DNA of 63,344 nt, the filler included, from Reticulomyxa filosa (lineage: Eukaryota > Protista > Foraminifera): NCBI GenBank assembly GCA_000512085.1. It is 19 parts of 19 records of this genome, joined end to end, with 100 filler letters (N's around TTAATTAATTAA, not from the genome) between each part and the next. Parts side by side here need not be neighbours in the genome. Positions count along the whole stretch, not along the records: positions 1 to 4,031 come from ASPP01004833.1; positions 4,132 to 5,847 come from ASPP01008396.1; positions 5,948 to 9,439 come from ASPP01018322.1; positions 9,540 to 10,659 come from ASPP01008537.1; positions 10,760 to 12,155 come from ASPP01025587.1; 14 more parts are not named here. The stretch is one strand, 5' to 3'. The notes below the pieces were generated by a model. The model was not told where the DNA came from and made no database searches. It saw only the letters and a list, made by a program, of their open reading frames with translations. The position numbers and the translations under genes are program-made. Of this stretch, positions 1 to 11,563 are shown one piece after another; the first letter of the stretch is position 1; each line of letters begins with the position of its first letter.

Positions 1-40
1 TTTTTTGCCCCCATATTTTCCCCTCCCTTTTTTTTTATAA

Positions 41-77
<37 letters not shown>

Positions 78-116
78 TAAAAAAAAAAAAATAATTTTTT
101 TTTTTTTCATGCACAG

Positions 117-3100
117 ACGAGATCAACAGTTGGAACAAGTGAACACGTGCTTGGCCAAGGCGTTGGATCAAGAAGGCAAGACACACAGCGAACTCGAGAA
201 GCTGAAAAGGAATATAACAACTACATAGTCGAATTTGGCGGTAAGAATGCGAAGCTCAGCGCCACCGTCCAAAGTTTGCAAAGTCAACTGGACGAAATCA
301 GTTGTCAAAAGAAAGACAATGAAAACGTGTTTAATTCCAAGGAACTCAAAATGAAGGCACACATCCAATCACTTACACAAAATCTGGCGCTGCTGCAAGA
401 ACAAGTATTGTCCCTTGCTTTTTTTATTTTGTCTTGATCCCCCTCCTCCTCTCCCCTCCTTTTTTTTTTCTTTGCTCTTTTTGCTTTGAATACACTATGT
501 AATGCTTGATTTGCTTTCAATCTTCCGACGTTGTTTTAGATGAAACAAGAGCAATGGAAAAACCAACACTTGTCAAGTGCAACTGCTGCGACTACTGTAG
601 AAATTGGAAAAAGCATGGAGCTTGTTACAGTTCTTTTTCTTTTTTTTTTGGAAGGAGATCATTATGCACGGTGTTGTAATGTAATAATATGCTGTCCTTA
701 TGTCGGCGATAGAACTTGGAACAACAGCTGGAAATCCAGAAACAAAACACCGCGATGATGGCTAAAGGAGGTAATTTCACATATGATACACAAAAAAGAT
801 GGAAGGAAGAGGGAGAATGAAAGGTGAAATGTAGATGAATAAAAAATATATATATATACATATATATATTTATATTGATCGTCTGTGTGTGTGTATGTGA
901 TTGGGACTGTTTGATGTGGAGAACAATAGAAGTAGAAACAATGCGAGCCGAATTTGAAAATAAACTCCTTAGCATGGCCCAGGAGATCCAAGAACTGAAA
1001 CAACAGAGCAACAAAACCGAAGGAATGGAAGAAGAAATTGCTACTCTCAAGGTTTTTGCTTGACATACTCCACCAATCAATCATTTACTCAACCAATCAA
1101 ACACTGTCTTTGTTTGTTGTGTGCTCACTCATCCAACAAAAGCAACAATTGGAACAAGAGAGAAAACGACAAGATATTCAAACGCAATTGCAAACAGATT
1201 ATGAATTATTGCAACAAAAACTAAAGAGATGGTTCGCCTTTGTCTTTATATTCATATATACACCATATATATATGTATATATATGTATGTATATATATAT
1301 GTATATATATGCGTATATGTATATGTATAATATGTATGGTGTGTACATTTGGTGGATATTATCGAAATGCCTTGAACTTGAAAACGGCATTGAAAAGGAT
1401 GGATACAGTGCTGGAGGTGTATCCAGAATGCGACAATGAATATGAATTGAAACGTTTGTTGCAAACGTCAATGGCGACACAAATTGATGCCATCAGAGAA
1501 AGAGGTATTGAAAAGGCTCAAATCATACAAACGTGACTTGTTGTGTGTACATTTGACTTTATCCATTAAGATATTTACATATATATATAATATAGATGAA
1601 CTTAGAAGGACTGTGAAAACATTACAAAGCACACTAACACAAGCACAAGAGCATGAGAAACAACTTGAAGGCGATCTTGCATCTCGGAATGACGTTCTGA
1701 ATAATGCAATACAAAACTTGTATATATGTGATGCATATCTTGTTGTCTTCCCTTTCTCCTGAGCAAATTAAACGGAGTATTCAACAAACCATATCGATTT
1801 AAAAAAAAAAAAAAAAAACTATTCAACCAGTGTTGGTCTTGCCCTCACAAAAACATAGGAACTGCAAAAAGTGTCTGTCGAGTTCGCCAAAGCATCGAAA
1901 GAGTTGGAGTATATGCGAACTAATGACAAGATCTATCAAAATTTTTTCAAGGTTCAAAAAAAAAACAACAACACACACACACACACAAAACGCTTACATA
2001 CATACACTTATGTATCATGCATATCTGAACTATTCATTACTATTTCTCCAGTCTTCATTTAAGCCATTGCCTAGCATTACTTGATATCTTTTGAAACATC
2101 AATGTTTTTTTTTTTTTTGTTTATTGTTGATTAGAATTTGAATGGTAGAGCGATATGTTCGGAAGAATCGGCACAAAATGTGCTCGTGTCGCTTCAAAAT
2201 GAAAAGGAGCAGATGAACAAACAAGTGCAAACGCTAAAAGACGAAAACACGTCATTGACACAACAGCAGCAATCATTGACGAAACAAATTGAGTCTTTGG
2301 AAAATGAAAATGTGAAATTGCGTTTGAGGTAGCCTTTTTTTTTTTTTTGTAAAGTTTAATCTTTATTATTGCTATTATTGTTATATAATCAATCATCAAT
2401 GTATTGTAATATAATATAATGCAATTTAATTTAATTAAAAAAAAAAAAAAAAAAAAGAAATTGTATAATTTGAAAAATCAATCCATGATAGGCTCGGAAG
2501 CGGAGAATTTAATCAATCGACAACCAAAGTGTTACACTTGAAGAAAAACTTTCGAGAGATGCCGACACAACCGTCGACGACATCAAAAGCGGAAGTCGAA
2601 AGCCTCAGGGCACAGGTTGAACAGTACAAAGTATCGCTAAAAGAACTGAGCGAAGGCAGTAGTGACCTTCAAAAATTTGAGAGTGCTCAGCGGTGTAAAA
2701 TTCTGGAAAATAAAGTGGACAACTTGAAAGACGAAAACAATGTGCTGCGAGGCGATTTGGACAAGTATAAAACCATTTTGGAAAGAACCAAAAAAATATT
2801 TGCGGATAAACTAACGGAATATCGCAAAGCTGTGTACAAACTAACTGGGTGGCTGATCTCCATTGTCCCCAGTGATGACGAAACACTCGGCAATAATAAT
2901 AACTCCACACATCCTTCCAATAACGAAGCCAATGCACGACCCATCAAAGAAATGCTTTTGGAATTGAAACATTTGTGGATGCAGACACCAAATGATCGCA
3001 TTGTCATTGGTCTCAGGCCAAAAGACCAAATTGCGGTATTTTTTGTTTGTTTTGTGTAGTGTGTTTGTTTTTGTTTTGTTTTTTTTTTTTTGTTGCTCTC

Positions 3101-3250
3101 TTCAATTACGCCCCTTTTTATATTGGTGGACAGATTCGAGATACACCTTTCATGCGAAGTGTTGATCCAAAAATTTTGAAATCGTTTGAGACGAAAAGAT
3201 CCAGTCCGTATTTATTGAGTGCAATCACCATGCAATTATATAAAGAATGA
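117..3250 (+). CDS. MAD1: Mitotic spindle-assembly checkpoint protein MAD1-like, multi-exon, 5'-truncated
   Basis: Series of coiled-coil exons. Splicing intron 2329-2491 gives RLGSGEFNQSTTKVLHL (MAD2-binding region). The C-terminus has KIFADKLTEYRKAVYKLTGW and SPYLLSAITMQLY, matching the MAD1 C-terminal domain. Confidence 0.85.
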
Positions 3251-3804
3251 TGCCATAAATAAACACACATCTTTGACACTCTTTTCTCTCTACTTTTTCT
3301 ATTATAATTTGTGGGAAGAGAGAAAATCTTCAAACACGCAAAGTAACGTTTAAAATTTGTATTTGTCATTTTCGGCATGCTAAAAAATTGGTCACACTGC
3401 CTTCAAATCAACACATTTTTATTTATCAACCCCTTTTTTTATTTTTTTGGACATTGTGCCTTTCGAAGTAGTCGTTTACTTTCGCATAGTTTATACTACC
3501 TTATCATCAACCATGCAATTATTATGAATTTCGCTTGTCAAGCAGTACTTTTTTAATTGTTTTAAACTGTTACTTCACAGCGTGGTCGTGCAGGCTTATT
3601 CAAGCACTAAAATATAGGGAAAAAGAAACTTAAAGAGATACTACCAAGCGATCTAAATAAATAAACTTGTTTATATGATAGATTTTTCAAGAAATATCTT
3701 GGAATTTCCAAACGTAACCCCAAATGAAAATTTATGCAAAAATAAAAAAAGTTTACTTTTGTACACCAGCGAAGAGTAAACACGATCAAGTTGTATATAT
3801 CATG

Positions 3805-4031
3805 TGTAGGGCAAGGCCCTATAAATATCTGAACGTTGAAGGAACCTGGGAGTCCCCAGTTGGCTAAAACTACTCAACCAACTTCACTTACTCTTTTGTT
3901 TTGTTTTCTTCTTTTGTTGAGTCATTCATCTTTCTTTTATTTAATTCACTTTTGTTTTACCAAACACTGGTTTCTTGAGTAAAACCCTTTTAGTATTACA
4001 TTTAGTATAACCTCTTCCAGCTGACGCCCCA
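3805..4031 (+). mobile_element. LTR-like interspersed repeat, copy 1 (cut at contig end)
   Basis: Starts TGTAGGGC, has TATAAATA at 3820-3827 and ends GACGCCCCA at the contig edge. About 17 differences by eye from the reverse complement of 46652-46879. Confidence 0.8.
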
Positions 4032-4131
4032 NNNNNNNNNNNNNNNNNNNNNNNNNNNNNNNNNNNNNNNNNNNNTTAATTAATTAANNNNNNNNNNNNN
4101 NNNNNNNNNNNNNNNNNNNNNNNNNNNNNNN
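4032..4131. other. Artificial contig spacer N44-TTAATTAATTAA-N44 (first of 18)
   Basis: Identical 100-bp linker with stops in all six frames. Spacers start at 4032, 5848, 9440, 10660, 12156, 13256, 14968, 16453, 23696, 27038, 29279, 33363, 36189, 37332, 55994, 57900, 59147 and 62034. Flanking contigs are unrelated. Confidence 0.98.
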
Positions 4132-4170
4132 TTTTTTTTTTTTTTTTAAAAAAAAAAAAAAGATCAAAAA

Positions 4171-4632
4171 TTAGAGCCATTTTTTTTTTACAGTCTCTCC
4201 TTTTTTGAGTTGCCAAAAAAAAAAAAAAAATTGCATGTGTACACGCACACACCTTTCGCTGGAGTGAAAAAATTCAATTTGCTCCGATTTCGCTACTAAC
4301 TTATGATCTGGGTGCTTGCATTCCACGTATACATAGTATCGCGTTTCGGGATTCACTGGCAATATCTTACTAAGCTCTGTTGATGCAATTGGCTTTCCTA
4401 ATTTCCCGCAATTCAACTGTCTTAAAAATATCCCATAACTCAATTTCTTCATAAAATCACTTTGCAATTGCAAGTTGTTGCCAAATACGTGAAGTGGAAA
4501 TTTAGGAGGGGACCATCTTACGTTAGCACCGTCACTGGTAATGGCACACACACGAAGATTTGGGATAATGGGCCGATGATCACTTTCAAGATATTCTGTT
4601 ATTTTCGAAGGCTTTAATTCTGATTTTGCCAT
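4171..4632 (-). CDS. Fibronectin type III-like domain protein, 5' fragment
   Basis: PNLRVCAITSDGANVRWSPP...VNPETRYYVYVEC fits the FN3 pattern (W in strand B, L-P-T-Y motif). ATG at 4632. The gene runs off the contig. Confidence 0.55.
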   Translation of the reverse strand: MAKSELKPSKITEYLESDHRPIIPNLRVCAITSDGANVRWSPPKFPLHVFGNNLQLQSDFMKKLSYGIFLRQLNCGKLGKPIASTELSKILPVNPETRYYVYVECKHPDHKLVAKSEQIEFFHSSERCVRVHMQFFFFFWQLKKGETVKKKWL

Positions 4633-4946
4633 ATTTAACAAAGATATTCCTTAGATCTTTTTTTAAGTTTGTAAAACGATTTTTTAAAACAAAAGAAAAA
4701 CGGAATTCTTGCAAGTGGATTGAAATACTTAAATAAATTTTATTTTTACAAGTATTTTTGAAATTATAAGCGTAACCCGAGTGGTAACTTGTCACGACAA
4801 AAACGTTTGCGTTAAAAACTAACTGGCCAATTGTCTTTATTAATTTTTTTAAAATTTCTCCTTTAGAAAGGTTGGGGACGTGTATGGGGTAAAATTTTGT
4901 TGATGTATATATCGATTTACTTAATGACAGTACATAACCAAAATCA

Positions 4947-5847
4947 ATGAATTCCACCGATACGTATATTTCAAAGAAAAAAGATGGTCTTCCTTCAAAG
5001 GACGACGAGGAATGGGTAAAAAGTACTTTGAACAGCTTGACAAGTAAGCAAACGGCATTGTTTAAGCGGTGGGTAAATGCCCGCGTGCCTGGAATGAAAG
5101 AACCAAAAAGCAGATTGGTGGTATTGACCCCATTGCGTTTGTTGTGTGTACGCAAAAGACCATTTGGAAGAAGCATTCACAAAATTATGCGAGTGATTGA
5201 CTTTGTGGGCATTGATGTGAATGAGAATGGAAGCGACAAAGAAACGATTGTAACAATCGATACTTGTTCATTTGCACCTGACAATAGCATCACGCAAGCC
5301 CGTCAAGCCAAAAACCTCAAAACATTGCAATTTTATTTTCATTTTCCTAAAGACATTGACAAGGAATTTTTAGAAATTTTGCAATGGTTTTTATGTTTAT
5401 TTTATTTATTTATTTGATTAAATATTTATGTAATTAAATATCTGTGGATGGTAATCCATTCCTTCAACTTTGTGTATATAATAAGTTTATATACATACAT
5501 GCTGTACATATGATACCATGTTCGTACATGGACATTAAAAAAAAAAAAAAAAAAAAAAGGTGTTTGTATATATTAACAAGAGGATTACCTTCACGATTTG
5601 AGCCGAAATTGAATATCCCGGTCAATTACCGCAAAAAAATTGAAGATGTGGCGTTGCCAGGACAGTTTGTGATTGATCGATATGTAGCGTCTTGTGATGC
5701 TCAAAATGCCAATCGCAATGCCGGAATTCCGGCCTTTCAATCCGTCGTTGACTTTGTTTTGAACCAAGAGAACACTGGTACGTTTGATTTGGGAAGAGCA
5801 TTGCTGGGTCATAAGAAATTGGAATCGTTACAACTTTGGGTTAGTAT
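4947..5847 (+). CDS. CARMIL-like PH-LRR protein paralogue, 5' fragment (intron 5387-5559)
   Basis: Strong similarity to the N-terminus of the 19594 gene (KKKDGLPSKDD, RLVVLTPLRLLC, DRYVASCDAQ.ANRNAGI). Splicing GT...AG restores the QWCLYILTRG segment seen in the paralogue. Confidence 0.75.
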
Positions 5848-5947
5848 NNNNNNNNNNNNNNNNNNNNNNNNNNNNNNNNNNNNNNNNNNNNTTAATTAAT
5901 TAANNNNNNNNNNNNNNNNNNNNNNNNNNNNNNNNNNNNNNNNNNNN

Positions 5948-6417
5948 GGTTTTATGAAAACCATTTCATTGGGATTTGTGTGTATTGTAGTTGAATAAAG
6001 AAAACGACTTAACATGCATTTCAAACCACTCTCTTTGCAAACTCGGATTTGGAAAATGTGATGAGTAATCCAATCCTGTTTCTCCGACCGCAGTAACGAC
6101 GTGTTTCTTGTGGGCACAGATCATGTCCTGCAATCTTGCTTTGCAATGATTGAGTTGACCCTGTTCGACATTGTAAGGATGAATGCCTACACAACATCGA
6201 AGGTATTGTGGAAATTGCTCGCATAGTGTAATAGCTTTTCGCACTGCGGCAAGGTGTAACCTGCGATAAACAGTCTCTGGATATTCACAAACACTGATTT
6301 GTGCAATATTTTGTTCGGGTTGCTGAAATGCTCCGCTATGTTTGCTCCAACATCCACTAGTGCGACATTACTCTTCACACGGGATAAACTCTCCATTAGT
6401 GCACCTGATAGTGACAT
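5948..6417 (-). CDS. tatD: TatD-family DNase (amidohydrolase fold), 3'-truncated, one homopolymer frameshift near 6237
   Basis: Motifs LVDVGAN, CCVGIHP, AVGETGLDY and QREWF. The two overlapping ORFs join if one A is added in GAAAAG. The true start may lie upstream (about 6611). Confidence 0.85.
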
Positions 6418-6900
6418 GTCAGGACTTGCTCCGCTTTTTTCTCTTTCAAATCAACACATTTTTTTTTTCCTGCTGTTGTGGTCGGCGCAAGTGTTGTTGT
6501 TTTTGTGTGTATACAAGTTACCCACTGTATATGTTGCGACGAAGGACAAGAACAAGAATTGAGTAACACTAAGATTTCATCAATAAGCTCTAATGCGATT
6601 GCGACACTCATTACAAAATATTTTTATCGCTAATCATTAACACTTGAAAACCACACCCCAAAAAAAAAATTCGTTTCGAATTTTTTGTAGACGAGCTTCC
6701 AAAAAATACCTTTGACAACAGAAAAGTGTTGCCGTTTTTCAAAGTCTACAGCTTAAAATAACAACGAAGTTAGTGTATACAACAGCCTACTGCCTGAAAG
6801 GTAAACATCAAAATTAAAAAAAAAATATACTTTTTTGAGAAAGCAGGGAATAGTTACAACTCTTGTTTGTTTGGATTTGCTCTACGTTGATTGATTTTGA

Positions 6901-8106
6901 ATGACCACGGATGCTCTAGAACCTGCAACAAAAAATTCCTCATTGGCCTCCTCTTCATTAGATTCAAACAGTGAAGTGTTTTGGGTCCCGGACAAGAATT
7001 GCAAGGAATGTATGGAATGCAAGAAAGCGTTTTCGTTTATAACCAGGAAGCACCATTGCCGCAACTGCGGCCGTGTGGTGTGCAATGAGTGCAGTCAGCA
7101 CAGTTTTGCATTGGCCGAGAACCCATCGAAAGCAGTGCGAGTTTGCAACAAATGTTTTGAAGAATTGAAGCAGGGAGGGGAGACGAATAAGGCCCAAACA
7201 AGTATGAAATTGATCAAAAACATCCTTGCTTCGGATTCGTCGTACCGAGCGTTGTTGCAACCCCCGTTGCGTTTACTTTCTTTGTGCATTGAATCAAAGA
7301 TTAACACGCCCCCTTTTTTTTTTTTTTTTGTTCCCCCTTCCCCCTCCCCCCTTCCCTCTGCTCAAAATGTTTCACAATAATTATCGGATGAAAATAGATA
7401 ATAAAAAAAAAAAAACAAATAAATGCCACAAAAAAAAAAAAAGAACCATGCGGCAATGGTTAAAGTCCTTTGAAAAGTATTGGCTACGTAATGCCTGGCC
7501 AGAGTACTACAAAGAAATGGAGGAAAGGTTGTTCCAAGATTTGTCAGCGGAATCGAAAGCATTGTTACTTGAAAAGCGCGTGTTGCATGCTGCAGGCACG
7601 ACCACAATAACAACAACGACGACAATAAGTCCAAAAGCAACTGGTAGCCGTGGTGAACTAGAGACCACGACAGGGGCGACGACAGCGACAGCGACAGCGA
7701 TAGCAACTACTACGGCTACTGCAAATGCAGCCACTACCACAGATATAAATGCAGCTGCACTAAAGATACCCAGCAACACTAAAGCGAGGGCGAGCATGTC
7801 GCAACTTATGATGATGGATTCCAGAGACAAACACGGAGGTGTGCACAGCGACGACAATCCCATCACCATTATCGACGTTGGCTTGCTTTGGGTTTGTCTT
7901 GTCCAAGCGCATGGCCTGCCCGATGCAGACCTTCTGACTCCACCGGACGGCTATTGCGTCTTTTATGTCACCACTAATGATCCCATCTTCAAAGAAGTCA
8001 AATTCAAAACTAAAACGGACATGGACACTGTTTGAGGAAAAAACAAATCTTTGTTGTTTGTAATATGTATATATGCATGTATATACATGTGTATCTATAT
8101 ACATAC

Positions 8107-8138
<32 letters not shown>

Positions 8139-9402
8139 ATAATATGTGTATACATGTTACATAATATGATAAAAATTGTAAAAATAATAAAACAAACGCA
8201 AAAACAGTACTCTCCAAAATGGGAACACGAAGAAAATATAATAGTGACCAACTCAACGGGGTCACTAGTCATCGAACTTTATGACTATGATGTCGTCACA
8301 AAGGATGACTTCATTGGAACTGTCAAAATACCTTTGTGTGATTTGCCCTTTGTTACTGATGTTAATATCTCTGACCTGCATGCTGATGGATCCCAAAACC
8401 AGTTCCATATACAATATACACATATATGTATATTTATATGTATGTACTTATGTATATGCACATACACAGAATTTTCTTTTTTTTCCCCTTGGTGGACCAC
8501 TTAAAAAAAAAAAACAAAAAAAAACCAAGTTCAAATGTCATGATATTTTATGCGTGTATGTGCATATACGTACAAGACAAACGATGAAGTCAGTCTCCCG
8601 AAGTTTGATAAAGCATCGACTGCAGAATGGATTTATAGACCAATGGTTTGATGTCGAGTTGTCACAAGAGTTTGCTGATGAGAAGGTCGGAGATCGCAAG
8701 GACATGCAACACTACGACAAATCGGCCATTCCACATTTCCAGCCGCACCATCGCAAAGTGGATTCGGCGCCCAAAGTCAACGAATCTGAAAAGCCCAAAG
8801 AAAAGATGTGGCCACTTTCGCGTTCAAATACGGAAAAAACTGTCTTTCATCGTAGTGTCTCGTCGGCTGGCACTGGTTTCAACAAGTTTCGTGGCGTCAC
8901 CGCCAATCCTATCGATTTGCAGTTGCCAAACTACTCACCGCTTAAATGCCAAATCCGAGTGCAATTACAGTTTACTGTCAATCCGGTTTGTTCCAAATCG
9001 GGGAGGGAGAAATACAAAATATATCAATGTCAGGCATATATGCATATATATGTACATACATACTTACTTGTCAAATTGAATACATACACACATACACCAA
9101 AAAAAAAAAAGTTAGGGAATTTTATCAGCCACTTTGACCATGTGATGACAGACACAGTTGTAAGACCCCCATTGAACACCAATCGCTTGTATAGCGAGTA
9201 TTGTGTACTTTTGGAGAACATATGGCCGATGGTCATATTTGGGCAAATGCTTCTTCAAGTGCTGTTTTGGCAGTCTTACTATTTGGCGACGGCTACTTTA
9301 CTGTTTTTCATTTGTGCAATATCGCATCCTTGGCTTTGGCTCTTTGCATTCCACTCGCTGCTTTTAATTTATATTTCCCATTCTTATGTTGTTACGTTTG
9401 CC

Positions 9403-9439
<37 letters not shown>
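6901..9439 (+). CDS. FYVE + C2 + membrane-region protein, multi-exon, 3'-truncated
   Basis: FYVE: WVPD...CMEC...RKHHCRNCGRVVCNEC...RVCNKC. C2: VCLVQAHGLPDADLLTPPDGYC...PKW...IELYDYDVVTKDDFIG. Hydrophobic segment at about 9220-9385. Confidence 0.8.
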
Positions 9440-9539
9440 NNNNNNNNNNNNNNNNNNNNNNNNNNNNNNNNNNNNNNNNNNNNTTAATTAATTAANNNNN
9501 NNNNNNNNNNNNNNNNNNNNNNNNNNNNNNNNNNNNNNN

Positions 9540-9811
9540 TCATTGGATATGGTGCCAAAGGCAGAGTGCAATTTGCCATCACCGTTGAACAAACGGCGGC
9601 AGGCTCGTTTCAGGCTGCCGGTTTGCAACAACATGACCTGAAACGTCAACCTTACCACCATGAACAAAATATTCGCGGCTATCTGGCATTTTCGCGCCAG
9701 TCGCCGAATTTTGCCATCGTTCAACAGCTTGAGCCGTTGCTACATCAACAATACAAAGCCGGCTTGTTTCATTTGTTGTGGCAAAAAATATCGCTTACCC
9801 GCAGTGCGTAA
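9540..9811 (+). CDS. Bacterial periplasmic substrate-binding protein (family 3-like), C-terminal fragment
   Basis: KGRVQFAI...GYLAFSRQSP...LFHLLWQK resembles gammaproteobacterial SBP family-3 C-termini. Higher GC than the host contigs and no introns. Confidence 0.55.
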
Positions 9812-9990
9812 TCAGGTACGGGATCGCGAGCGCACCGTATTACAGTCAAACGAGCACAACAAGGTAAGCCCCTGAAATCGCAGTAGCTTGAATCACTGCA
9901 AACCAATGCCAAGTTGTGATAAAGTTAAAGCCTTCGTTGCTAAATCAGGGGTGCCGGTTCGAAGGCCACCCGCTGTCATTGGAGCCCAGT

Positions 9991-10634
9991 ATGTCCGGAC
10001 CCGACAATCGTCACAAACTACCGGTGAATCCTTCGCTGAAAGACATCAACTGGTATAAAAAACAGATTAACTGGGGTGAATTGCCGCCGTTTTATCATTT
10101 AGTTTCGCAGTCCCTGGCTGAATCAGAAGGCATGCTCACACACGGATTTGACAACGCCGTAAAAAAAATCCTCGACAAGCGGAATTGGAATTTACAGCTG
10201 CTCGGCGGCTATATCGACGCCAGCTTTGAAATCCATTGCGATAATAAGCCCCGTATTGCTTTGTATCAGATTTTTTCTGAGCGCGGTTTTGAACTTCATG
10301 CCATCCCTTATGCCAAAGATCAGGAAGTCGACCAATACGTAAAAATAATCGGTACATGGAGTTTAACGTGTGGGATCCATTGACCATGCGCTTGATTATG
10401 CGGGTTAACCAACTGCATAAGTTTATTGATTATTATTTTGAAATGGGCGACGACGCTGATTTTGCGCTGATCCTGCATGCCCATCGGACAGTCCACAAAG
10501 TCATCCAGTTTTTACAGCAACATGTCCATGTCACCAAAGTCGATGGTGTCACCATCAAATCATATTTTGATGTGCAGGAAAAACGGCTCGGTCAAGCCAA
10601 TATGGACTTTTTACCGACCAAACCAAAAATCTAA
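9991..10634 (+). CDS. Bacterial hypothetical protein (~214 aa), one homopolymer frameshift at 10341-10345
   Basis: GGAG Shine-Dalgarno at 9981-9984 before ATG 9991. ORFs 9916-10383 and 10356-10634 fuse if the A5 run is A6 (YVKNNRYMEF). Confidence 0.65.
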
Positions 10635-10788
10635 TGGGCCAAACCCGGTATACACAGAANNNNNNNNNNNNNNNNNNNNNNNNNNNNNNNNNNNNNNNNN
10701 NNNTTAATTAATTAANNNNNNNNNNNNNNNNNNNNNNNNNNNNNNNNNNNNNNNNNNNNATGATATCGTTTTAGGAGTTCAGTTTTCT

Positions 10789-11563
10789 TTGCAACCTACT
10801 GTAATAAGACTAATGCTAGAATATGGTATCCAAATATACAAGCCAACAAAAACGCAAGAATGTCAACTAGAAGCAATGCAGCATATGTATCTAACAAAAA
10901 TAGCAGGGGTTTACATTACAACAAGAAAAACAGCAATGAGAATACTATTAGGAATAATACCATTAAATGCAAGGATGGATCTGCTTCGCCTAAAAACATG
11001 GTATCAGATCAGAACGCTGAAAATGCATATAGGAAATACTAACGAAACAGATACAAAGTGTAAAAGAGAAATGTGAAAATATGACAGACTGCAGACAAAA
11101 GAGCTATACAATAGACGTGTATGAGACGCTCAGACAATGTGAATTAGAGGAATATTGGGAGGAAAGGATCGAAATGACGCAGGAGCAATGGAATGCACTA
11201 ATAAAGAAAAAGGTGTTAAAGAAAGCATACCTGAAGGACATACAAGAGATAACCCAGTCGGAATCATGTATGTTCCTGAGAGCACTGGCAGCAGACAGTG
11301 ATCAACGAGAGATTTACTATGATAAAATACAAGAGATAGACATAAGTGAGGACACGAAGAATTTTGCACCGTTTGCACGGGTAATAACAGGGAACCCCAA
11401 TTTCAATTGGAAGAAAACCATAGACAAGAAAGTAGAAAGGCAGACCACGACATGTCCATGGTGCTTAACGGAGTGGCAACAACCCGTAAGGCACGTAATA
11501 TTAGATTGTAAAAACATGGAAATGATAAGGAAACAAACCTGGAAACAAACAAATGACCGATAA
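10789..11563 (+). mobile_element. Degenerate non-LTR retrotransposon (LINE-like) ORF, C-terminal part
   Basis: Post-RT thumb-like region (LEAMQHMYLTKIAG...LLGIIPLNARMDLLRL) and a C-terminal CCHC knuckle CPWC...HVILDC. Broken by a frameshift/stop near 11076. Confidence 0.7.

Noticed and set aside
1199-1536. Many short ORFs rich in YIYI/CVCV/FFFF/KKKK in the ORF track
   Set aside because: These are translations of intronic microsatellites or antisense shadows of real exons.
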